From: Toensbergia leucococca
Lineage: Eukaryota
Direction: 5' to 3'
DNA: 64,000 bases
NCBI GenBank assembly: GCA_022813965.1
Contig: JALDZS010000030.1
Span: 1-64,000, forward strand
Below the pieces are notes generated by a model that saw only the letters and a list, made by a program, of their open reading frames with translations, did not search any database and was not told the DNA's origin. The position numbers and the translations under genes were made by a program. The number at the start of each line of letters is the position of its first letter. Position 1 is the first letter of the stretch. Positions 44,920 through 57,553 of this stretch are shown here, in pieces.

Positions 44920-46565
44920 TTACATCCATTTCTTTCCCCCCGACCTGGCGTTTTCCTTCAGCACAAGTAGTTTTCGTGTACCACAGAAGCGGCCTGGTCC
45001 AACTGTACGACTAACGGTGGCATAGGATCCTAAAAGGCTACTACCGATCTTATCAAAATTGGAGCTTCCCCCAGTCTCGTTATAATTCCAGACTTTTTCT
45101 TGCACGTCGTCCCCGGGCTGCTCTAGCCTTCGTGGATTGTACCAAGGCAAGCCTGCCGCGTGGTTGAGGGTATTATGAATCAATGAAAATAGACGCTCTA
45201 TTCGACGCGTATAGGGAAGCCACCAGAGGGTGTTTTTATCGTAAGCAACTCGAACATATGGATTCATGAAAATACCAGGGTCTGTCGTGATGTTGCGGCC
45301 GTTGCGAAGAAAAGTTAGGTCTGCGTGAATAAGGCAGCACTCAGAGGCCTCCCAAAAAGGATCCTCTTCGCGACGAAAGCGGAGGGGCGAAATATTGAGG
45401 ATGGCGTCGTTGCCATTATCCACATTATCAGGAAGTGTGCTCTTCGGAATTTTATCCTCGAACCATTTAGCTTCGAACGCAGTCATACCTCCCCAACAAG
45501 AACGGACTCGAACTGCATCTTTCTGTCCCAAGACATCCCGCCTACTTGCTGCGTCACCAACATCTGTAAACCAAGGGAAGAATGGTATACCCATGCTATA
45601 GCCTTCAAAATCCCTCGTTGCCCATGTATCGTAGAATTTAAACGGATTGATGAAATCTACTGCGCAAGCAGCACTATATTGCGTACGCCCAAACGAGTCG
45701 ATATTTGTGGAGAACAATAATTGTATGGCATCCACCGGGTTAAATATGATATCGTTGATGAATAGAAGCTTGTCGAAATGTATTGATAGATTGGCCTCAA
45801 GGGGCTGTAGGGCACGGTTTCTAACATGTGCCAGAAATGCTATACGGCTTATTCGACTCTCGCCAGATGGGATGATAACACGTGGGATCTCGTCAAGAGA
45901 AAGATGCTCAGATATAAGAGAGGAATTGCCTACACAGAACGTTGTGAACATGGCTTTTGCGTAGGGGTGCGAAAGAGAGACTTACAGCTAAGATCTTTTG
46001 CTAGGCTCTCAAGCGACGCTTTTGCTCCTGCATCGGGGTCATTCTCATAAACACTTAGGTGGACGTTGTCCGGGCCTAGCAAATTCACGAGCTCTAAAAC
46101 GGCACTGCCCCAGTTTCCATCTACAAGAGCCCCCTCTACATCATACAAGGTAGCAGCAATGAAGATCTTTTCATTATTGATATTCCCTCGCCCCAGTTGT
46201 TTAGGCCCTTGACATTTTTTCTGCAGTACCTTGTAGTGGTCCGGTGGGTGTGTGTATGAAGGGTTTAAGGCAGCTGTGAATGCAATCAAAGAGATGATAA
46301 GGCACGGTGTTGTTACAAGCAGCCAGAACACGGCGCGCAGTAGCAGTCGGCGCGACTTGCGTGAGCTAGAGATCTTGCTGTAGAAGATGCGAGTGGGCCG
46401 TGGGGGCAGTTGAGCACATATCCATACAGACAGTCGCAGATACCATGAGAAAGAGGGTGAATTATGGTTCCCACGACCTGAGCTGGGTAAAGATCGAATG
46501 GAGTCTGAGGATGCTCTTGTAAGAAGCTCGTACTCTTCAGATCTCCGCGACATGACGGCGCTCAT
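44920..46565 (-). CDS. Glycosyltransferase family 69 (Cap59/Cmt1-like alpha-1,3-mannosyltransferase)
   Basis: Type II membrane anchor, then NVHLSVYEND, RIAFLAHVRNRALQPL, LFINDI, ACAVDF, FYDTWATRD, VRSCWGGM and ASECCLIHAD. Intron 45930-45985. The true C-terminus may lie beyond a donor at 44923. Confidence 0.9.
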
Positions 46566-46860
46566 GCAAAAGCAAATAGAGACATCAAATAGCGATCATG
46601 ACATAATATATACAAGCTCGTATTCAAGCTGTCTTCGAGGGGACCCTAGATTTGAGTTACATGTCTTTTGTTTGATAATTATGTTTTGAGAACAGACAAA
46701 GTTGAACCTACCACGCGCGCTTATTCTATCTGCAGGTGACTAGGTAGGCAATGAAACCCGGGCCCAATCTTGCGTGGGTCTATCGTAATTTTGCACCAAA
46801 ACCCTTAAATGCATATGATCAGATTTTCCCTCTCCCTCTCAATGCTCTCACCCTAGAACA

Positions 46861-47776
46861 GGAGAAGAATTTATTGGGCCGGAGTTTGTTTTTATTGTTT
46901 TACAAGAGGTCATGTAAATATGACACTATAGCAGACATACAAAGGTGACATCAGAGGCTCAGACTGACAACTCTATACACTCACCCATAGCCATAAATAA
47001 TTGACAGGTTCCTCTAAAAAGAATCACCTTCAGGGGGACTCATCAATCCCTTTCAGTTATCAGACCTGCTTTCCTATTATCGGTTGAAGAATTGTCGGAT
47101 TATATAGGCTCAACAGATTGATAGATGATCACAGAGATCATCTCTTCTCTGCACTCAACAATCTTTTCAGCCCCCCTTCAGTGACAGCAGCCTAACGCGT
47201 GAAACCTGTAGGGAGTAAAGGTATTGCACTGACGCCTATCCATAGATAGACTCCCTATTTCTCCCTACTGTGACAGAGAGCCGTTGATGAAAGTATTGTC
47301 TGTTGAATAAACTGAGCATGCTCAAGTGAGCTGTCTCACAGAGACTCAGTTCATACACCTAAAAAACAGAAAAATCTCAGGGAATCTACTCATCAAGAAC
47401 CGTAGAAAATATCTCTCAATAGCTCCCTTTGAGGTCAAAATGGTACTAGCAATCCGAAGTATCAATACAATGATGAAAACTGATTGAGGACGTCGCTATT
47501 TTGAAGTCACAATAAAGGTTGTACACCGGGTCATGAATACAGGTCAATATTGAGGCTTCAAGGTTGATATTGAGTCGACGCGAAAGGGGGTTAGTTTCAA
47601 GTCATCAGGGCGGTGACAGCTCAGGGGGATTCTCATCAAGGGGGGAAGGGTTGTCATATCTATCCTTTCAGATATTCATGATCGATGAGTAGGAATGGCG
47701 TAAGCCGATCATCGAACCTGAATCAGAAAGGACCAGCTACGTTTAACGTCCAGCTCGACGGGAGAAGAATTTATTG
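46861..47776 (-). mobile_element. Degenerate insertion flanked by a 16-bp direct repeat (putative target-site duplication)
   Basis: GGAGAAGAATTTATTG occurs at 46861-46876 and 47761-47776. The interior has no long ORF and has an A-rich end on the minus strand (~46885-46901). Confidence 0.55.
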
Positions 47777-48528
47777 TATGAAGCTTCTTGACAATTAGGG
47801 CTAGGAGCCCTACCTAGCCATTTTACCCTAGCTAGCGTCCCACTATCCCCAATAATTCCTAGCGCCACTCGCCTCTCGCATGATAAAGGCCTCCTCACTC
47901 CTCAAAAAATCTCTTTCCTTTTCGTGCGGCGGCACGACTTCCACAAACCCGTGTTGCCTGGACATCCACCTTCAATGATGTATTCCAAGTGTCAGTCGTG
48001 CCACAGAATGATGAATTGCACGTCGGTTGCCCTTTCCCTTTTCTAACGGGGTCCGTCAAACCGGGGGCTTTTTGCTTTGGCAAAGGGGACTTGTGTTGGG
48101 GGGGTGGTTGAACATTTTTTATTCTTATGAGGTTTATTGTTTGTGGAGGCAGAATTCTTGGGGATGGGATGGCTCCTTTTGGATAGGTTGGTGCATGTTG
48201 GCGTCAGTGTCATGGTTACGGTGCTGGAGAGAAGCTTGGGGAAGTATTCTTCTTAGAAATGCTTCGCGGTCGTTCGCAAAGCCTTTTTAGTACCCGGCAC
48301 AAAATGGAGATCTGTGTGTTTGAAGAAGAGACGTATCTTGGATAACAGCGTACTCGTATCGTTTCAAAAATTCCTCGTTCGACTTATGATCGTCATGAAA
48401 AGAATGCTCAATTCCATCTGTGGAATTTTTGGCATCGAATGCTATGTCCCGTAGCCCATTATCTACCTTCCGCCGCTTCCCTATCCCCAGGACGCCAGTG
48501 AAATGCACATGTTCGTTCCATGCCCGTG

Positions 48529-49738
48529 TCATTCACCGGCCTCGTCTCCGATCTTCTCCAGCTTGCCCAGTTCCCTTTTTTCGCCCGTCTCGCCGACGAT
48601 CCTTATTCTGTCAATCCTGATTTTTTCGCCGTCCCCATCACCATCCAGCACGAAAACCACCAAAGAACTCACATTTTGGAATTTCACGAAGCGGAGTTCG
48701 ATCCTTGCGGTCCCTGTTCTCTCGTCCCAGTCCTGGGGGCTTAGAGTGATGGTCTGTGTAGCGGGTATGTCCTCTGCTTCTTCGAAACCCAGAATATGGG
48801 CCCGATTTGAATATATCTGGAACGTCTTTGGTCTCATGGGGATCTCGTCTTCGTCACCTGCAGGTGGTGTTGGTGGTGAAGAGGTAATGTGTAGTGTGTG
48901 TACCTTTAGCGTCGACTGAAAGGGGATAAAAAGCATGAGCTGCTCATCTGTGTCACTCTCGACCCAGTCCTTCTTGCTTTCTCCTTCACCAGTTTTGCCC
49001 TTTCCCTTCCCATCTCCCAAGGCAGATGGCCTGCTAGCATCAAACAGCGTCCTGGAGTTACCAAAGTCACTGTTGGAATTTAGTAGATCCAGACCCTTGA
49101 TATCCACCTGGTCCGTCACATCGCTGTAGCCCTTGGGTAGACTCGAGCCTAGCCACGTCGAACCGCCAGCACCACCAGCGTCACCAAACCCACCGGATGA
49201 TGAGGCCCCATCCGAATCTGCCTCGGCTGCAAGCTTCTTGACCGCCTCAGAGAGCTTTCGAGGGTCTGCGCCACGTATTCTAGAGACTGCCTGCTTGTTC
49301 TTGAAAATCATGAAGGTGGGTAATCTATTGTCGCACCGTCCTGGTCAGAGGCTAAAAATTTAAGAGGAGTAATGGAGTAGAAAGGCTGCCTACGCTGTGA
49401 CACTGTATTTCTGGGCAATTTCCTGTTGTTGGTCGATGTTCACCTTGGCGAAAGCGATTTTTTGCGGGCGAGAGAGCTGGGCGGAAAGCTGCTCGTATAT
49501 AGGTGAAATTTGCTTGCATGGCGCGCACCAATCCGCATAGACTATAGAAGATAAAATTAGTAAAAGATCTCTAATGTTCTTTAAGTTCGGGATAGTGGCT
49601 TCCATGCGATGACACTTTTTCTATCCTTGTGGCGGGGCAAATGGGGCATGTACACATACAATCTGTCACAACTATCTTGGAGGTTCCAAGTAGCGTATTG
49701 AACTGGCTTGTAGAGCCTATGTGTATAGTTTTCGACAT
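48529..49738 (-). CDS. Thioredoxin-like protein with PITH domain (Txl1/TXNL1-like)
   Basis: MSKTIHIGSTSQF...YADWCAPCKQISP (CXXC), then ESDTDEQLMLFIPF and LRFVKFQNV (PITH domain); two introns. Confidence 0.92.
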
Positions 49739-50519
49739 GCTCAGACCCGAGTGGCTTGCTTGGATGTTGGATAGTGACTTGCGCTAGGAAAGTTGATGGC
49801 GAGATGCCTTAGCTCGCCTTAGGAATTACGTTGAAGCGCTCACAAGTGGCAAATTGCCTTGTACGAGATGGACTACTCTGAAGTTGGTAGCCATACGTTG
49901 ACATGAGAATGACACTGATATATTCTTTGAACATTACAGTATCGTGGTTATATTTACACTAGCCTAGGCATTGTCAACCGTGTGAAGGTCTAGAGTACCC
50001 ATATCAACTTGACGTTGCCGAAACAAAAGATGAAATCAAAGATGTATCATTTGACCAGAACCTTTTCGTAGCACTGGGTCGCCTGTCGCCTTCAGTACCT
50101 CGGCTTTATATTCCACTACTTTCGAGGGATTCTCATCTCCTTGACTGATCGAACTGGATTACGAAGACAAAGCTAGAGCCGGGAATCCGAAATGTGTATG
50201 ACCGAGATGAGCAAGCAATCCATAGCATCAAATATTGTTCGTCCAGAGAATCCGCTGAGCCCATCTATTTAATATCGATCTTCTTACTTGAATGTTCATG
50301 CTGTACGCCCTGGACGGCTCCGACAATAAGATTGATCAAATTCGGCCCTGATTGACTCGAGAGACTCTTCCTTCGCACTGTCAATCTTCATTATTGCTCC
50401 ACTCAACAGATCAGGCTCGGCGATCCTGAGTGCGCCTTACCAAATCCTAATTCTGTAGCACAAGTTTTCTTTCCTTGAACTCCATTCGTCAAAACGTAGG
50501 CTGTCGTGCTTCCAGTGTT

Positions 50520-51032
50520 TCAACCATCTTCTACCACCTCAAAAATGACTCTGAGCCAAAGGCTACATCCCCGGCACCCCGTGATGACTTCTCCATTCTC
50601 GGCTTCCTTTTCGAGCTCTTCTTCAGTGATCAAGAAACATTTCTCGTTCCCGCAACGGCAGCCGCGAGACCATATATGTTGAGGCTCATCGAAAGCGAGA
50701 TCGTCCAGATCCACGGTCTCTAGCCCAGGATATGGTGTCTGGGAGAGACTTCTTGTCTCGGACGAGTTTAGTTGTAGAAGTCTGTCGTACTCTGAACGGC
50801 TTGTAGGATCGATGAGTGTCTTGTAAGCTAATGTCACTTGATCAATAGTATATTTGGGAGTATCAAGCTTGGATAAGTTGGAGCCTTTCGACTTGTCCGG
50901 ATGAAAGCACAGTAGGGCCTGTCGATAAGCGGCCTTGATTTCTTGCTGTGTTGATTTTTGACAAGTAGTACGTGGCAACTGTAGAGCTAGAACATCATAA
51001 TGTTCCTGAAGATGCTCTTGTGTTGTCATCAT
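50520..51032 (-). CDS. DPH4: Diphthamide biosynthesis protein 4 (J-domain + CSL zinc finger)
   Basis: HYDVL..EIKAAYRQALLCFHPDK, VDLDDL, CRCG and CRGCSLWL. Confidence 0.92.
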   Translation of the reverse strand: MMTTQEHLQEHYDVLALQLPRTTCQKSTQQEIKAAYRQALLCFHPDKSKGSNLSKLDTPKYTIDQVTLAYKTLIDPTSRSEYDRLLQLNSSETRSLSQTPYPGLETVDLDDLAFDEPQHIWSRGCRCGNEKCFLITEEELEKEAENGEVITGCRGCSLWLRVIFEVVEDG

Positions 51033-51292
51033 CACTCAAAACAATATTTTTCGGGGTTCACTGGCCTATTGAAAGCAGCGATGGATTCGTCATATGAATT
51101 TGGTTTAAACTCACGTACGGTATTGTGCGCGTCATAGGGATTCTAGGGATCATGCGATTGTCCGCAATCGATAAGGTAAGCCGATATGAGACTTAGTGCA
51201 AAGTTCCGTATCGTACAGATTAGGGCTAAGTTTCAGGGCTCCTCGCTTAGCACGTCCTCATTGTATCATCATAAAAGACCGAGTACTTTCTA

Positions 51293-51808
51293 ATGGGAGA
51301 TATTCAATACCCCAATCTTCCCTCATCGCCTACTCCCCCTCTGACTCAATCCACCATACCCACCTCCGACGATACTGACTTCTACAACCTCCTCAATACC
51401 ATCGCAGCAACTACAACCAGCGACGAAGACGTCGCCGCGCAAAACAAACGCATCAAAGAAGCTGGGTTCGCCGAAGATAGCCGCGAGCCTACAGTCAAAG
51501 AAGATGAAGAAGAAGCCATACGGCGCTACGTTGAAGATGGGAGACTGAACGGAGAGGAGCCGGAAGGTGGGATGACGGAACTTATGGGAAAAAGAACTAA
51601 CAGGCTTTCTGATAAGCTGGCTCATAAGCCCCAACCCCCCATCATCACCTTCCACACCTACACAGCCCTCTCCATCATCACGACTAAGGAAAAAGGACAC
51701 ACGGCGCCCCCCCCCCCTTCTTTTACTAGCTTGCGATTCCTGTGCTGGATAGAGAATTCCACAAGAAGAGCCGCGAGACTTGAATCGATTGCTTTTGTAT
51801 CAGCATAA
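51293..51808 (+). CDS. Hypothetical acidic protein (3' end uncertain)
   Basis: ATG ORF divergent from DPH4; the first ~95 codons look coding-like. No recognisable motif. Confidence 0.4.
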   Translation: MGDIQYPNLPSSPTPPLTQSTIPTSDDTDFYNLLNTIAATTTSDEDVAAQNKRIKEAGFAEDSREPTVKEDEEEAIRRYVEDGRLNGEEPEGGMTELMGKRTNRLSDKLAHKPQPPIITFHTYTALSIITTKEKGHTAPPPPSFTSLRFLCWIENSTRRAARLESIAFVSA

Positions 51809-52593
51809 GTCTACAAGAGGGTGAAAAAAATGGAATGCAGAAGTAATTTCTCCTCTGAAGATTTAAGAGTGCGCTAGGGTTTCGATACGAAAAGGAAGAT
51901 GCCCCCAAAAATAAACTCCTTCCACCACCTCCCCAAATGTGGCCCGTTTTCACGAGGTATCGTCAAAATCTCGCCCCTCTTCCTCCTGGATCAATACACA
52001 GACTTAGAACCAAATTCATCTCTTAGTTTTGAACCTGTGCTCTGAATTCATCATCGTTGTTTTGAAGGGAGAGGAGGGGGATGAAAGGAAGTAGGGGAGG
52101 TGAACAAGGTTGGGTTGAGAGACCCTCTTGAGAAATACCCGCGGAACCATTTTTAGGAAGAAGATGAGATATGATTCGTCTGCACAAAGATACCATTGGA
52201 ACCAACAGACATGGCCCTCATTCAGTCTGTACACAATGAATTGATCAGTACGAGTATGATCTTATGCCAGAGTAACATAGAAGTGTCTTTTCTTGTATAC
52301 CATAAGTTTGCTGTAAAAATGTGCTTCTGTGTATTACAAATCTTGGAGGCCCCAAAATCAGGGCCAAATCCTCGAGACTCAAAAATGTACTAATACCCTT
52401 ATTTCCTCCGTGAAGTTCCTCCCTCACGAGGCCCCTCAAGCCCAGAGTATACATACCTACTACATCCCCTCAGTCGGAAGAGCCGTAAAATCCACAAATG
52501 TAGCCTATCGCGAATTGAACCCCCCAAGCATCATCTCGATGCTCCAGGTCTCCATCACGGCATTTAGGAGTAATCAATCCCATCAAACGACCA

Positions 52594-55500
52594 CTAAACC
52601 TCCGTCTCAATCCCAGGATCTCTCTCATGGCGCTTGAACCCATCAACCAAATGATCCTTTCCATGCATCATCTTAGTTTTGACATATTGCGCGGTACGTG
52701 CGCCCTAATCTAGTGATCAGCAATTTAACGCCATCGATGGGCCTTTTGAGGGTAGGAGAAGATGCACCTTCCATTGCATTATCCCACGATGCTGTCTGTG
52801 GAGTTGGTCGCTGTGATCTTTGTAGTCTTTGATTTGATCCCAAGGGCCTCTGCTGCCGTGTTCCTCGTTGTGTTCGTCGTACTCGTCACTACCTGCTCTT
52901 GCGGTTGCGGGCCTACGGTCCTTGTTGCGATGGCCCCCTGCGTCGCGGGCACCGTCGTCTGAGCTATCCGAGTCGCTGTTTTCCCCATTTGTAGCGTCCA
53001 TGGCCTCTTTATTGTCGCTGGCAGTACTCAGCACTTCAATGACGTCTTGCAAATTGGGATTATTGCTCGCGAGCTTCTTATGGTTTCCGCTGAGCCCGTG
53101 CCAATACTTGAGGGGAACGTCAATATCGCCAACCTTTTCGCCCATTTCCTCGATACAATTCGCCTCTGCACGTTTGAGACCCCCGTGTCCATTCCAAACA
53201 GAAAGTGAGACTGTCTTTTCCTCGTCATCTGGAACGTCTTTGAGCCAAAGAACGGCAAATGCAGCAGTCTTGTCGAGGAGTACGCTATTTTTCCGAAACT
53301 CAAAGATTAGACAGGAAGAGTAGCGCTTTCGGACGGCCAGGCGTACGGGTCTTTCCTTTTTGCCAACCCAGTGGGCTTCGTTGTTTGTGGAATACACCTT
53401 CCCGTGTTGGACCGAAGTGCGAATTTTGAGACGTAGGCCTCGTAAACTGGTCGCGATATCTCTCGACGTGATAGGCCCTGTGATCTCGACGGTTCCGTAA
53501 TCCCAGCCCAGAAGCTCTCTTGGGGCTTGTAGCTGTATCGAGCGGAAAACCATGGATATCCGTACTCGACCATAGCCAATGCCGCCAACAAGGGGGAAAC
53601 TGTCCATGAGCTGTGACCGCTCTTGGAAAATGTAAGCCAGAGGAAGATAGACTATACCAAGAAGCGGATCTTGCTCGTGCACACGAGAATCCCGGACGGA
53701 AATTATAACTTCTGTGCTCCGCCAGTCTCGAATAAGGCGCTCTATACCAGCGTTGAAAAAAGGATTTGCGTTCTTGGGCTTCGTACGAGTCTTAAAAATT
53801 TTCTGATGATTCAAAATGACATTGCAATAACTGGATGGGAGATCGCCAGACCCTTCTTCGCTGTCACTCCCCTCGTGTCCGTCGCCCTGATTTTTCTGGA
53901 TCTTCTCAAATTCCAAACCAGTGATTTGATGAATTTGAATCGAGAAGATCCCCGTTGGATAGTTCTCCAACGGGGGTGTTGATATGATCATTTTATCTAG
54001 CCTTGCATTAGAATGGCAAAGTGAAAATACTAATAGGGATTGCAAACCTTCTCTAACCTTAAGATCTTGAGCTTTCTGTTGATCGATCTCATGCGACTCG
54101 TCTCGACCATTAGCCTCGCGGATCTTTGTTGTGACATCTTGTGAAATTTTGTCTTTCAATTGTTGCAAAGTGTTGATATCTGGCTCTTCGTTCTGCTTCC
54201 GGAGCTGTTCCTCTTGAATCCTACACTTTTGGAAATACCCAACACTCCATTCGAGCGATCCCGGCATCTTTTCCTTAGCATCCAAGGCTATGAAGCCGTC
54301 TTGGCGATCCCACATCTTGCCCTTCGATTGGGGACTATGCATAAGCTCCTTCAGATCAACCTCAATACGTCCAAGATCGTCATCCGCGGTCATTCTATCA
54401 GAGTCCCAGAGCTGCAACCGCAATCGCTCTGCTGCATTCAGCTCTTCCGGGCCCACCAAGATGAACGCAGTCTCGTCCCAGACGGGTTTCATATCACTGA
54501 TAATAATCCTCGTGGACCAAATGGGCTTGCCAAACTTAGCCCAACCAACTGCAACATAAGCATCACTGGAGCCTTTACGTAGTGGGCCGAGATTACCGTC
54601 GCCCTCTTTGAAGTTCTTTGCACTTTTAATCCTGACCATCACCACACCTCTTGCGTTCGTATCCTTCTTAAAATCATCACCAACTAACATGTCTTTCAAA
54701 TCTAGCGTTAGACTCTTTGGAGCTACGTACTCGGCAAGAGCTGCGTCGATCGAGCTTTGCACGAAAGATGATATTATAGGGACATCCATAATATTAAGGC
54801 CATGCTTCTTCATAGGAATACAGGAGAGATCAGCTTTCGGTTGCCCAAGAAGGGTTAGAGTACAAAGAGCAAAGAACGGGGGATCCGGGCACAATTGAAG
54901 ACGCATTCGCAGTGTCCCTACAATTCCTCGAAGCTCCACCCATACAGCTGTTGACTGTCAGCACATTGTGAGAACTCGATCCGACAGAAGAAGCCATCGG
55001 CATATGACTTACGGAATCGTATTCCTCCAGGTAAATAAAATGCGAGATATAAATGGGCGTTTTTAGCCTTGTGTCGGAGGGTTTTACCGCTACTTGAGGC
55101 CCTGTATGAAAAAGCAACCTCGACGTTGACAAAGTCGCCTTCTTCAGCTTCCATCCCCTCAGCCACGTTCTCCTCCTCCCCTTCTTCTTTCTTCTCCTCT
55201 CCTGAATCTTGATTGTTGTTTTCTTTTGGCTTGTGCTGGCCGGAGGTGTTGGATTTTGAATCGTCATCGAGCTCGCCTTGACCGGGAACTTTACGGTCGC
55301 TGTCCTCTTTCTTGGATGGTTTGAGCGTTCCATCTACTGAGACATCCTTAGCGGCAGCTCCAGTGGGAAGCCACCGTACACCTAGAATACGAAGTGCCTC
55401 ACTGCCCTGAGCCAAATCTTCGACACTAATCATCCGTACGAGTTTTGGTAGTGATGCCTGCATCACATCCTCTAGGGTATCTGCTAAGCTTGTAAACAGG

Positions 55501-56564
55501 TCTGGGTTGATCAGTGGCCAAACAGAAGCTAGGAGTGAATTGAGCCACTGGGTCGACTCAGGTGTAGGAGAGTCGGAGCGTTCTTGGTCTTGTGCCTTGG
55601 CTGCATCCCAAACTTCATCCTCCCATATACCTCTGACTCTGCTCCGGACCCAGCCCTGAATGATCCAAGTAGATCCACCTCCCAATCCGAGCCCGACTAA
55701 GAGAATTGCGGTAGATGTTACTATCAGATGCGGCCAAGAAAGGGACGAATTCCCGCCGCTCTTAGACAAGCTTCTCACGCTAAGTAGGTGACTCCCGATA
55801 AGTACCAACAAGGCAACAGATAATACCAAGCCTAGTCCGAACGTTATCGCGAGACTGTAAATCTTTTCGAGCTCTTGCCGCGTAGCTTCAAAGTTCGGAG
55901 GAGGAAAGAGCTTCTCCATCCCACTATGTTCTGCCTGCTGTTCCTCCCGTTCTTGTTCGATCTCGCTAGCGCTTTTTGAAGCAGCGCTCAGCCCCGTTGA
56001 TGTCCGAGGCTGCGAGCCTGCTGGAGGCAGATTCTCTGGGACATTCTTGAGCTCACTCTCGGTCTGGTCATGTATAGTCACACGAAGGTGTGTGACTGGA
56101 TCAGTGACCTCTCTTTCGGCATGATCTCTTTTCATGCGTTTTATGTGCTTCCTTTTCTGCCGCGGATCTAGGTCATTAACCAGCGCCTCGGACGTATCCT
56201 TGAGTGTTCGATCCTCATTCCCGTTTTCAGAGTTGTCATGATTTTCAGCTTTCGAATCATCGTTTTTTTGATCTGAGTCCTCTGCATTGAGATTTCGACC
56301 AGTGTACGGCTGTTCTAAATCTGGCGTATGGCCCCTCGACCGGCCGGCGGTGTCTGAGAAACTCTTTGCATCATCAGCAGTGCTATTTGTCACATGCCTT
56401 CCCTCCTCTTCTGCCGATCCCTCGTAGGGCACATCTGCTTGTGTCTTGCGTTCCTCCTGATGCGCTTCATAGCCTTGAACTGTTGGGACTGGATGATGCG
56501 ACGAATAGGGTGCGGTGTAGGTCCGTCTGGAAGCTTCCTCATTAAAGTCATCGTGACCTGACAT
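52594..56564 (-). CDS. SMP + C2 domain membrane protein (Mug190/tricalbin-like)
   Basis: REVTDPVTHL, two TM segments, PESTQWLNSLL...DTLEDVMQASLP (SMP) and C2 motifs (SDAYVAV, LWDSDRMTADDDLG). Introns ~54948-55011, ~53998-54047 and ~52707-52768; ends PGIETEV*. Confidence 0.9.
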
Positions 56565-57553
56565 AACAATTTAGCTCAGTAGCACTCACTGACATCTACC
56601 GGTCAATAGGAGCAGCAGATGCATATAGAAACAGTAGGAGACTTAAGTCAATGGCTAGCGATTGTGACTTATCAGTGTGTAGAGAAATGCTTGCTTTTGA
56701 ATTAAAGCTTCAGTGTGAAACATTGACTGAGAACAATCATAGCATGTTCGTTGAAACATGGAACTGAGTAGAACCTTAGGTAGGTGCGCAAGTTGGAAGC
56801 TGGAAGCTGCTTTCCCACAAGCTACGTCAAAGGGTCTCAAGGTCCAATAGATTACATACCATTTAGCGTATGGATACCTACTCCATACTCCACTGCTCAA
56901 CGAAGTGCACCACACCTGATAAATCCTGGCAGGTAAAGAATCCCATTCTGATACACTGCCACCCCCCCTCCGGACGCATAATCACCAAGGGAGATATCAA
57001 GATCTCACACCACATTTAGATTCAACCCCCTACCTCTTTACCATGCCATCTACCTCCTAAACTCCGTGCTATTCCCTAGGAGCAGGCTTACCTAGGGAAT
57101 CATGGCGATTTTGCACCACAGTTTTTGGCGGTATTGCGCCCGGGATAGGGTGGAAAACTAAGCCAAATTGCAATGTGAGATCGCGAACTTCCCTTACCTA
57201 CCTACTATTCTACATGGCACGCGATTGAAGATGTAAATCGCATGCAATAGAGGTGTAGATTTCAAATCGGCATGTGGTGCAAAGTCACAATACTTCGCTC
57301 TGTGATACTGCGCCCGGGCAAGGGGGGCAGTCGATATATATTCAACCTACCTATCATGAGCCCTTTGAGAACAGGACTTGTTTCTTTAGAAATTAAACAC
57401 ATTCTTTTCGTTTCAGGGATTTCCCCCCCTCATCCCCTTTTGTAGAAAGACCCGCTTAGATTACCCCATCCCATTCCCCACATCTTCATCCCCTCATCGT
57501 CACGCAATACAACGAGTCCCCAACCCGACCCGATCCCCTGAAAACCCATCCAC

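Noticed and set aside
47895..48532. Short ORFs downstream of the thioredoxin-PITH gene
   Set aside because: No motif or coherent splice model; likely UTR or intergenic.
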